A stretch of DNA of 64,000 bases, taken from Candidatus Latescibacterota bacterium. Its GTDB lineage: Bacteria; Latescibacterota; UBA2968. This document shows, in pieces, positions 19,733 through 28,966 of this stretch. The position numbers and the translations under genes are program-made. The stretch covers positions 704,001-768,000 of the forward strand of contig OZ240241.1 in the NCBI GenBank assembly GCA_965198115.1, written 5' to 3'. How positions within the stretch are numbered: the first letter of the stretch is position 1; every line of letters starts with the position of its first letter. The notes under the pieces were generated by a model that ran no database searches, was not told the DNA's origin, and saw only the letters and a program-made list of their open reading frames with translations.

Positions 19733-21013
19733 TTATCCGCGGTATCCTTCGTCGAGCAATTCGAGATGGTCGATCAACGCTTGCTGTTCTCCCTCGCGCT
19801 GTTGCTGTTGCGCATCTGTGACCACGCCTGCTCGTCCAATCGCCTGCTCGGCTTTTCCGACGTTGGCCGCTGGCATTACCGCATCGAATCCGAGTTTCAT
19901 TCGAACATCTGTGACGGCCTTCGATACGTCGCGCTGTTTTTTCTCCCACACGGACTCGAACAGGTCGAACTGACCGGTGTCGGTGCGCGGGCGGTTGACG
20001 GCGAGGCGGATCGTTTTGATGGCGACACGCCGCTGATACAGATCCCGGAACAGACGGATGGCGCTGGTGGTGACGGTCGTGAGGTCGATCGTAGGGTGCG
20101 GCCAGCGTGCGGTTTTTTGCGTGGTGCGATTGCCCGTGTAGGTGAGGACGAACGTGAGGTGTTGCGTCTGGGCGTTTTCCATATGCAGGGCGTGACAGAC
20201 TTTGTCGGCAGCGTAACGCACGTGTTGAATGAGCTGCCGCTCGTCGTTGACGTCGCGATCGAGTGTGACTTCGACCTCGACCGTGCGTCGTTTTTCGATC
20301 CTTCGATTCCGACCGGTGTCGAGACCGATGGCCAGGCTGTAGAGTCGTTCGCCTTCGCCACCCAAACGGACGACGAGTGCGTCTTTGCCGAGACGCTGGA
20401 TCTGGCCGACGTGCTTGACGCCGTATTGGCGGATTCGATCACGAACGGCGGGGGACAGCCCCGGGAGCAGGCTGGCGTTGAGAGATGCGAGAACGTCGGT
20501 CTCTTCGCCGGGTTCGCAGATGCGGACGTTGCCGGGTCGCGCGAGTTTGGCGAGCATGTTCGCGATGGCGCGCGTTGAAGCGACGCCGACAGCGACGTCG
20601 GCCAAACCAATGGTGCGCGTGACGTTGCGACGTAGACGATCGGCGATGGTGTCGAACGATTCGCGATGGATAATCGGTGTGCCCGTGAGGTTGAGCTGAC
20701 ACCGTCCGAAGTCGTTGACGTCATATTCGGGTGTGAGCGATTCGATAATCCACGCGAGTTCCTCTTTGGCCGTTTGTTCGATGTCGTCATTGCGCGGGAC
20801 GACCTCGACGTTGCGATGACGCTTGAGGATTTGCTGAACGGGTTGGCCCCGGCGAATGCCGAGCGCTTGGGCGTGTGACGAGCACGCGAACACGGCACAC
20901 TTGTGACTGTCGACGCTCTGCTGCACGACGACGAAGGGATGGTCGCGCAGCGTCGGGTCGTAGGCGGAAAGCGCCTGAGCGGAGAAGTGGTCGTGTTCGA
21001 TTGAGAAGAACAT
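19733..21013 (-). CDS. imuB: Y-family DNA polymerase homolog with degenerate active site (ImuB-like)
   Basis: DinB-like layout (PFVVV, ACSSHAQALGIRRGQP, GVASTRAIANMLAKLARP, LPGL), but DMDAF reads EHDHF and SIDE reads NDFG; clamp-motif-like QFDLF near the C-terminus; same operon as dnaE2. Confidence 0.8.
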   Translation of the reverse strand: MFFSIEHDHFSAQALSAYDPTLRDHPFVVVQQSVDSHKCAVFACSSHAQALGIRRGQPVQQILKRHRNVEVVPRNDDIEQTAKEELAWIIESLTPEYDVNDFGRCQLNLTGTPIIHRESFDTIADRLRRNVTRTIGLADVAVGVASTRAIANMLAKLARPGNVRICEPGEETDVLASLNASLLPGLSPAVRDRIRQYGVKHVGQIQRLGKDALVVRLGGEGERLYSLAIGLDTGRNRRIEKRRTVEVEVTLDRDVNDERQLIQHVRYAADKVCHALHMENAQTQHLTFVLTYTGNRTTQKTARWPHPTIDLTTVTTSAIRLFRDLYQRRVAIKTIRLAVNRPRTDTGQFDLFESVWEKKQRDVSKAVTDVRMKLGFDAVMPAANVGKAEQAIGRAGVVTDAQQQQREGEQQALIDHLELLDEGYRG

Positions 21014-21179
21014 GAGGCGTGAACCGTTTTCCGTGAACCGTGAGCCGGGAACCCATTGTGCCGGAACTATTTGAACACGATGAAGGTTATGGTGGATCTT
21101 GATCTACCGACCGCCTGCTGCGGAAGCGGCGCTGTCGCCCGCTTTGGTCACTGGTCATTTGTCACTTGTCAATAGTCAC

Positions 21180-21536
21180 TTATGTGACCCAGGATAGCTT
21201 TTCTTCTGCGTACGTCGCGTCCTTTGGGGGGAACTGTTCGGGATCGTCGAGGCTGCCGATCGTGAGATCGATTTCGTCCGTGCGACGGTCGTTTTCGTAG
21301 CTGAGCGTCGTGCCGCAGTTGCCGCAGAATGACCACGTCGCCCGTGTCTCCGATCGAAACTTCGATCGTTCACCCTTCGTAAACTCGACCTGGTCGGATT
21401 TGAACGTGACCCAGGCCAGAGATTGCGCGCCCGATACTCGCCGGCAGTTTCCACAGTGACACATTCCCTGGTGGTTCGGGTTTTCAGTCGCGCGGTAGCG
21501 GATCGCCCCGCAGTAACATCCTCCTGTAATTTCCAT
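21180..21536 (-). CDS. GFA (glutathione-dependent formaldehyde-activating/CENP-V) family protein
   Basis: TGGCYCGAIRY, CHCGNCRR, FCGNCGT, GSLDDP. Confidence 0.92.
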   Translation of the reverse strand: MEITGGCYCGAIRYRATENPNHQGMCHCGNCRRVSGAQSLAWVTFKSDQVEFTKGERSKFRSETRATWSFCGNCGTTLSYENDRRTDEIDLTIGSLDDPEQFPPKDATYAEEKLSWVT

Positions 21537-21610
21537 TGTGTCTCCCGCATGGCATCGTGGTCGTAGAATACTCGCGTGTGACGTCTGTGTTTTACAACCC
21601 CCGAAAGATA

Positions 21611-21723
21611 TGTCATCCCGGCAGGCTTCAGGCCGGGATCCATTCTGGCCTTCGTTCTGCTGAAAATGGACCCTCCCTCACGTTCGTTCGGGACAGGCTT
21701 TCAAGAAGCGTACCGGGGTGACA
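21611..21723. repeat. REP/REPIN-like palindromic intergenic element
   Basis: TGTCATCCCGG...GCCGGGATCCATT...AATGGACCC...CCGGGGTGACA nested inverted arms. Confidence 0.7.
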
Positions 21724-21745
21724 ACGGCGTCAACCGCTCTGGCTT

Positions 21746-22736
21746 TCAGCTTGCCGCAAGTTCGCTGAGCGCCTTCGCTGCTTCTCCGTGTAGCAGTCCC
21801 ATACGCAGGACGTTTTCCTTCAGCTTTGCACGAAACGCAGGGTCGCTCCACCCGGCACCGAGGGTCTTTCCGTCGAGATAAGAAGCCGTCGTGGCGATGA
21901 GGCTGCGGTATCGTTCGACGGCGCGTGCCCGTGCGTCGGGATGTGTGTCGATGACGGCACTCGTTTGTTCGAGAAACTCGATGGCGCACTGTGTGGTTCC
22001 GACGACACGTTGAAAGGTACGATACGCGCACGTATAGGATTTCTCTCCGCACGGTTCGCAGAACGGTTCGTGGTCGAGGTGTTCGGCCACGGCGTCGTAG
22101 AGGACGCCGCCATACCTGAATCGGTTGCTTCCGAACGAGCCGCCGGCCACCTGTGCGCCGAAAGATCAAGGCGTCGTGAACGGCATCTTCCTGAAGGAGT
22201 GTGGGATCGTCTGGTGTGAAGATGTAGGCAAGGTCGGTCTTGTGGGGTGGCTGGATGTCGGCGCACAATTTTTCGAAGCTCGGGACCGTCGCGAACGGCA
22301 GTCGAGAGATGTCGTCCGACCATCCGGTCAGGACACTCCACGACGGCCTCGTACGGACGATCACCCGCTGGCCATCAGCCAGAGCGCGCTTGAGCATGCA
22401 GAGATAGCGCCTTCGCGAGTCGGGCAACGCGCCGGGCTCGGGATGGGTATCCCATTCGGCATTCTGATGGCCCGTGACCTTTTCGACGGTAAAGCCGAGC
22501 GCGCGACTGAGAAAGTCGAGGCGGATGTCATCGCCGCCTTCCGTCCACCACGCGTGACAGTTTTCGCCCGTGTCGAGAACGGGAGAGAAGGCGGTGCCGG
22601 ACAGACCGGCGATATTGGCATAGTCGGCTTTGCGACCCCACGAACCGAGGATGGCACAGAGACAGGCGATGAAGGAGCCGTGGACGTTGGGGTCGGCCTG
22701 GATTTGGAGGGAAATGATGGGGACGGTTGTAGACAT
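21746..22736 (-). CDS. Hypothetical protein (frameshift near 22160)
   Basis: ORF 22736-> (IAGLSGTAF, CHAWW) continues into the 22150-21746 frame (YGGVLYDAVA...); co-oriented within the dnaE2 cluster. Confidence 0.6.
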
Positions 22737-22778
22737 GGATATCTCCTAGGCCCTTTTCCTCTCGAATGCTTTCGTTTT

Positions 22779-25700
22779 CTATGCGGCGACGGTCGGTTGG
22801 ATGTCGACGTAGGGCGCGAAGTCTTTGAATGAATTCTCCAACCGTCGGGACGCGATGTCGAGATCGACCATGTTGGGTGACCAGGTGACGGCAGTGATGG
22901 TATCGGCCTCGAGCGTGTAGGTTCCCCACTCCTCGGAAACAGTACCCCGGACTTCGAACGGACCGGGCTCTGCCAGGGTGTCGGCGAAGCGGTCGTAGAC
23001 GTCGGGCCAGAAGACGATGTCGACGACTTCGGTCTTGTCTTCAAGCGTGATGAAGAGCATCGGTTGGCCGCTGTGGGCGACGTGATGGACACGGCGCGTG
23101 ACCGGCCAGCCAAAGACCTTGACGCGCTGGTCGACGTGTTCGTGGATGCGGCCTGCGGGGACGGCGTTTCGTGAAGCCGGGTGCATGCTGAGTATTTCCA
23201 GGATGTTGCCCGAAAGCATGAAGCCCAGGAACTCGAGCTCGTTGAGGCAGCGTTCGGCGAGTGTGTAGTCGTGTAAACCAGGATGTCTACCCCGGCTCAG
23301 AAGCGACCCCGGGGCGGGCTCTTCGCTGGAGCTACGGTGTCCTTGGGGTTCGAACAGCGTGGGCACGTCGGGTTTAAGGCGCCCTAGATGCCATCGAGCT
23401 GGTAAAGCAACTCGGGCTGGGTGAGACCGAAACTGTCGAACGCGCCGACGAGAATCAGCTTTTCTGCCTCTTTACGTCCGATATCGACGCGGCGAATGAA
23501 ATCGGTGAGGTTACGGAAATGACCGTTCGTATCGCGTTCGTGAAGGAGACCGTCGAGGCTCTTTTGCGTGAGATTTCGAACGTGCATGAGACCGGGGCGG
23601 ATCCAGTTGTGCTTCCCGTAGTAGCCGTCGTTCGATTCGTTGATGCCGATGGGGAGAATGCGGATGCCCAGCGACGAGCTTCGTTGAGGTAGACGTCTTT
23701 GGTGTAGAAGCCGTGCTGGTTGCTGATGACGGCGGCGAGGAACTGCGCTGGATAATACGCTTTGAGATACGTGCACTGGAACGAGAGCTGCGCGTAGCTG
23801 GCGCTGTGTGATTTGCAGAAGCTGAAGCCTGTGAAGGAGCCGACGCGGTTCCAGAGTTCGACGGCCTGCTCGCGACTGAGCCCACTCGTGTCGATACATC
23901 CCTGCATGAATTCTTCGGCGGTCTGACGGATGACGGCTTCGGCCTGTTCGCCTTCGTGCAGGCTGTTCATCATTTTTCGAATTTTGTCGGCCTTTTTGAA
24001 GCTGAGGCCGGCTACGCGATGGCAGATTTTGGTGACGTCTTCACTGGAAGGCGCAGACGTCGTGCGTTTCTTTGAGGATCGGTTCGAGTTGGGGATGGAG
24101 GTAGTCCCAGTCGACGATGCCGGCTTTGGCTTTGCGATGGCGCTCGATGAAGGTGGCGGTGTAGGAGGCGCCGGCGGGGCGGACGAGGCTCGAGGTGATG
24201 GCGAGTTCCTCGAACGACTCGACCTGCGCTTTTTTGTTGAGGCGTGTTTGGGCGGGGCTTTCGATGTAGAAAATGCCCTTGGTACGTCCTTTTCGAATGA
24301 TGTCGAGGACGCGTCCGTCGTGATAGCATTTTTCGAGATCCCAGACTTCGGGGTCGGGGTAGCCCTGATCGCTGAGCTGTCGGAGCCCGTCGCGCAGGAC
24401 CGAGAGCGATCCGTTCCCGAGGAGGTCGAATTTGATGAGGCCGAGTTCGTCGATGCCGCTGTGCATGTCGATCTGGGTGATGAGTCGGTTTTTGGGACCG
24501 CCGGAATACTCACACGCGACGTGACGTCGGATGGGATCGTTGGTGATGAGGAGTCCGCCGGGGTGTTGGCCCAGAAACCGGGGCTTCCCCTTGATGCGCT
24601 GCGCGATGGTCATGATGCGGTCGAGCTCGGCGTCGTGAATCCGTCGCGTTTTGGTTTTAAGACTTTTTTGGACTTCGGAGATCTCTTCTTCCGTATAGCC
24701 GAAGACTTTGGCCGTTTCGCGGAACGCGGCCCGTCCGCGGAAGTGGTTGGTCGTGCAGGTGATGGCGACACGGTCGCGGCCCCATTTGTCGATGACGTGG
24801 TCGAGGACGTCGTCGCGTTCGTCCCACCCGAAATCGAGGTCGGCATCGGGGGGCGACGCACGGTCTTCGTTCAAGAATCGCTGAAAATAAAGATCGTATT
24901 TGATGGGGTCGAGGTCGCTGGCACCGATGTTGTAAAAAGTGATGGAGTTGGCGGCCTCGAAGAATGGTGCAGTCTTTGGGGCGGCGGTAGCTTTCGCTGA
25001 GACGCTCGTTGGCCCAGTCTCGGACCTGTTTGACCATGATGAAGTAGGAGGGGTAGTCGAGTTTGGCGATGACGTCGAGCTCGGTTTTCTGAATTTCTCG
25101 CGCTCGGTCGTAGTCGGGTGTCCCGCCGTAGTTCTGCTCGAGACCGTCCCAAGCGATTTGGGCGAGGTAGGACTCGGGCGTGTGGCCGTCGGGGACGTCG
25201 ATGCGGGGCAGGATCCACTGCCCGAGCTCGAGCTCGACGATGCACCGGTCGGCGATGCGGGCCGTGTTGGCGATGGCCTCGGGGTGACCGGGGAAAAGAC
25301 GGGTCATCTGTTCGGCGGATTTGAGGAACGCGTTGCGCGACGCCGTTTCGTGCGGTTCGAGACGCGAGAGGGTGGATGCGTGGCCGATGGCCGTTAGAAT
25401 GCGATGCGTGTCGTGATCGTCGGTGTCGAGGAAGTAGCTGTTGTTGGTGGCGACGAGGGGGAGGTCGAGCTCGTGGGCAACGGCCTCGAGCTGTCGGCTG
25501 CGCCGGCGGGTGAGGGCGCCGTTGTTGACGACCTCGCCGTAGAGGGTGTGACGGTTGGGTGTTTGAGCGAGTTGACGGAGAAGGTGGGGAAAGCCGGTCA
25601 GGAAGAAAAGATTGGGCCAGGGTTTTGCAAAGACGTCGGTGAAGGTGAAGTCGGGGTCGACGTGACGTCGGGTGATGATTTCGCAAAGATCGCCGTAGCC

Positions 25701-26063
25701 CTGCGCGTTTTGAGCAAGCAACAAGACCGTGTTTAAGGGTTGCCCGGCCTGGACGGCGCCGACGCCTCTCGCATTTATGGATCGTGAAGGCGAGAGGGAG
25801 TCAAATCCCTCGGATTTGACCAACTGATTTCGCGACGTGGGGTGTTGCGATCCCGAGGGGTCGGTGAGCTCGACACCGAGGATGGGTTTGATGCCGTTGG
25901 CCCGACACGCGAGGTAGAAGCGGATGAGGCCGCTCATACGGTCGGTGTCGGTGAGCGCGACTGCCTCGAAACCGTGGACGGCTGCCCGCGCGGCCAACGC
26001 TTCGGGCGAGCAGACACCGGCGTGGAACGAGTAGGTGGAATGACAATGGAGTGGAACGAACAC
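22779..26063 (-). CDS. dnaE2: DNA polymerase III alpha subunit, error-prone DnaE2 type (at least 4 frameshifts)
   Basis: PHP domain LHCHSTYS..ALTD..GVEL; catalytic PPDADLDF; GQHPGG, GLIKFDLLG, FYIESPA, FCKSHSASYA; OB fold MLFITLEDKT; short C-tail with no tau-binding region. Confidence 0.9.
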
Positions 26064-26163
26064 CGCGCACCTCTCCCCAGTTCCGACCGGTGAGCAGCAG
26101 AGGTCGGAAGTCAGAGGTCAGGGAGAGGAGATGATGAATCGCGCGAAGGGGCGCGCTGTTACA

Positions 26164-26208
26164 ATGTACTGTAAGTACATCAAAATAGGTGAACACATGT
26201 ATACCTAT
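26164..26208. promoter_or_regulatory. Two adjacent palindromes upstream of dnaE2 (candidate LexA/SOS operators)
   Basis: ATGTAC-N5-GTACAT (26164-26180) and ATAGGTgaACacatGTatACCTAT (26185-26208) in an AT-rich promoter region. Confidence 0.6.
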
Positions 26209-26528
26209 CGGCAGGGAAAAAGTCAAAGGGAAAAATGCAAAGTTGGTGAGTGTCGACTCGTTGTATAGGTGGAGATAGTCACGACTCGGGATCGCGCGTC
26301 GTCCGTCGGGGCTGACGAAACGACAAAGTGCCTGTTTCTGCGTCTCGTAGGAATCCGGGTTGCTGCCGGAGTGGATCGAGCCTATATTTGAACCATCGGC
26401 TTGATCGACACTTCCCCTGTCGGTGGGCTTGGCCGGTAATCTCTTTATTTTTCAGCAGTTTACTCTTCCCCGCACACGACTTCTCCCTTCAAGCGGCAGC
26501 TTTCATCCTCTTTGCGTCGGGGGCGCTT

Positions 26529-26846
26529 ATGGATGCTATTCTGTCGATCGTTCTGCTCGGGTCGGTCTACTACTCGTGCAAGCTGATTCTCCGTTTCATT
26601 TCCCACCGATCTGCCATTCTGCCGCAGATTCTGTTTCTGGAGGCCGAAATCGCTCGGATTTCAGAACAGACCGATGACGAACAGGTTTTTGTCATCGGTC
26701 TGCGCGAGCGTGTGACGGGGCTCCAAGGCTGTCTCGTGCGGCTCCAAACGCGCGGACCAATTGCTTACAGCGAATTGTCGAGAGCGGAATTACCGAAAAC
26801 GTCACGTCCTCGTACCGTGAGGGCTGGCGCTGGAGACAGGTCATGA
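26529..26846 (+). CDS. Small membrane-anchored coiled-coil hypothetical protein
   Basis: MDAILSIVLLGSVYYSCKLIL hydrophobic start, then a helical region; ATGA coupling to the next gene. Confidence 0.55.
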   Translation: MDAILSIVLLGSVYYSCKLILRFISHRSAILPQILFLEAEIARISEQTDDEQVFVIGLRERVTGLQGCLVRLQTRGPIAYSELSRAELPKTSRPRTVRAGAGDRS

Positions 26847-27221
26847 TTGACTGGATGCTTGTGCTCGTGGACTTTGGATGTATGGTGTTTCTCGCAAAAT
26901 CGATCATGGAACACACCTATTTTGTGCGCGAAGTGCAGCCGCAGATCGATGCGTTGCTCGATCGCGCCCGAGAAGTTCGAAGCCCGGGGAGAAGCGGAGG
27001 CCGAAAAGAGGAATGAAGCGCGTTCCCGCCTGCCCGAGCTCAAAGAGGCGGTTCGAGCCGTCGAGCGAGAGACCGAGGAGGTGCGTCGCTCGCTTCAGCG
27101 TGCCCACGATCAGTTCGAGCAGCTGGAGAACCTGGCAAACGAGCGTCACTTCAAACGGGGCGTCAAGGACGGACGCCGAGCTGCCGCTGTTCACAATGCG
27201 GTGGGTGCGGCAGCCAGCTAA
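26843..27221 (+). CDS. Small membrane-anchored coiled-coil hypothetical protein (frameshift near 26968)
   Basis: MIDWMLVLVDFGCMVFLAKSI...QPQIDALL joins EKFEARGEAEAEKRNEARSRLPELKEAVRAVERE in another frame. Confidence 0.55.
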
Positions 27222-27330
27222 TTCAGGAGGATTCTGTTAAAGGAATCGGCCTATACGACGATATCTGGGATGTGTGATTCATTTCTTTGGGAGGGCGCCC
27301 GCCAGGAAGGCAGTTGCGCTCTTAATGTGA

Positions 27331-27362
27331 GAAGGCCCCGAGCGGTGCTCGGGGCCTTCTTC
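27331..27362. terminator. Perfect hairpin between convergent genes
   Basis: GAAGGCCCCGAGC-ggt-GCTCGGGGCCTTC. Confidence 0.75.
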
Positions 27363-27398
27363 ATGCTTTCCGGCGATGATGGAGTGCCGTGGGTGGCA

Positions 27399-27953
27399 CT
27401 ACATCCAGTTCAATGTCTGCTGGCTGACGATTCGGTTGACCCGGCGCGGTGGCAGCGAGACCGTGGTCAACGTGAGCCGTACGTCGAGCGGGTCTGCCTC
27501 GACGGTCTCGCCCGTGGGTTCCAGGATCACGGTACAGACGTGACCGGTTCTGGGGAGGGGCCCAAAGGCCAGGCGTGTCGCACCGAAGGACGCTGCTCCT
27601 ATGCTCCTGCCGACCTGTTCGAACTCATCCCAGTCGACGACCGAGACGATCCGATAAGGGGCGCTCAGACCGGTCGACGCGTTCCGGAGGTGCAGACTGT
27701 ACTCGAAAATCTGTCTCCCTGCCTGGCGTGGCGCGAAGACCTGAATTTCGACCTTCTCGCCGGAGCGAGGTCGGGTTGCCACCCGACCGCCGCTGTATAT
27801 CGCAGGACTCTCGACGTGCGTGTCCAGCAGAAGGAAGCCGGGTGATTCGAAAATCTGGGTCAGCGGCAAATGGCGCTGTGCGTCGACCTGTGAAGTCACC
27901 GTGAACAGAGTGATCAGCACGAAGCCGATTGAATTTGTGGAGCGGGGCATCAT
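27399..27953 (-). CDS. Secreted hypothetical protein
   Basis: Signal peptide-like IGFVLITLFTVTSQVDA, then a beta-rich mature region. Confidence 0.6.
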   Translation of the reverse strand: MMPRSTNSIGFVLITLFTVTSQVDAQRHLPLTQIFESPGFLLLDTHVESPAIYSGGRVATRPRSGEKVEIQVFAPRQAGRQIFEYSLHLRNASTGLSAPYRIVSVVDWDEFEQVGRSIGAASFGATRLAFGPLPRTGHVCTVILEPTGETVEADPLDVRLTLTTVSLPPRRVNRIVSQQTLNWM

Positions 27954-28289
27954 CCCACCTATCGACCGGGGCTCGTCCGGTCTTCAGTGTCGTCTGGTGG
28001 CAACCTCCGGATGGCACGCCAGATGGCGAACTTGATCTGAACGGCTCCCTCCAGCCTATCCCGACGGGCTTTGGCCGATCGGTCGCCCTTTGCGTAACGA
28101 AGGATCAGTTCGTGCAGACGGTGCAGGTCTTCGAGGAGTTGCTGACAGAGTTTGTTTTCGGCAGACACGCCGAAGGAATTTGCAAAGAGGATGCCACCGT
28201 GGTGTCGTGCATTACGGGACCATCCTGGCGGTGCCGCCATCATCAAGGGTGTAAGGTCTGTTCATACGCGTTCCGAAGGGCAACGATGC

Positions 28290-28953
28290 TTACGGCTCCG
28301 GGGTTCGCGAGCTTGCTTCGAAGTCGATGATTTCGACACCTTGAATGTAGGGCCGGGTGACGACGTCTCTGAGCTTCTGCATTTGCTTGACGATGTCGCT
28401 GATTCGAATCCCGGCCTTCTGAAACGTCTCGAACGTCTCTCGCGCCGGGTCGTCCTCCGGGAGCCTCATCAGCATGAGGTCGGCCGTGCCGAGGAGTGCG
28501 GTGAGGGGCTGGTTGATTTCGTGGGCGGCCGCACCGGCTGCCTGCGTCAGGACGCGGTAGCGTTCGGCGTCGATCAACTTTTCCTGTAGTTCGATGACAC
28601 GCAGGCCGACATCGAGTCGCGCTTTGAGCTCCTGGCGGTCGAACGGTTTCCGGACGTAGTCGTTCGCGCCGGCTTCGAGCCCCGACACGAGATCATCGGT
28701 CTCGAGCGGTCAGAAGAATGATGTGGAGCAACTGACCGTGATCGAGCTCTCTGACCCGACGGCAAAGCTCGGGACCTTCGATGCCGGGCATCATCCAATC
28801 GAGGATCGCGATTCTGGGCGTCGTTGGTTTCTGAAGCTCTTCCCAGGCCTGCGTTCCGTCATCGCAGGCGATGCACGAGTGCCCCCACTTTTCCAGGTTG
28901 ACCCGCAGCAGGTGTTGCCCGACAGGTTCGTCTTCAGCGATCAGAACTTCCAC
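28290..28953 (-). CDS. Response regulator REC plus HisKA-like domain (frameshift near 28697)
   Basis: LIAEDE, ILDWMMP, LLTAR / GLEAGANDYVRKPF, then AAAHEINQPL; no HATPase domain. Confidence 0.85.
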
Positions 28954-28966
28954 GGCTCAGTCCTTC

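Noticed and set aside
19733-21013. Active DNA polymerase IV (dinB)
   Set aside because: The catalytic DMDAF and SIDE motifs are degenerate, so it was called ImuB-like.
22779-26063. Naturally split or intein-containing DnaE
   Set aside because: No intein motifs were seen at the breaks, which are small indels inside conserved motifs (e.g. RGSAA).
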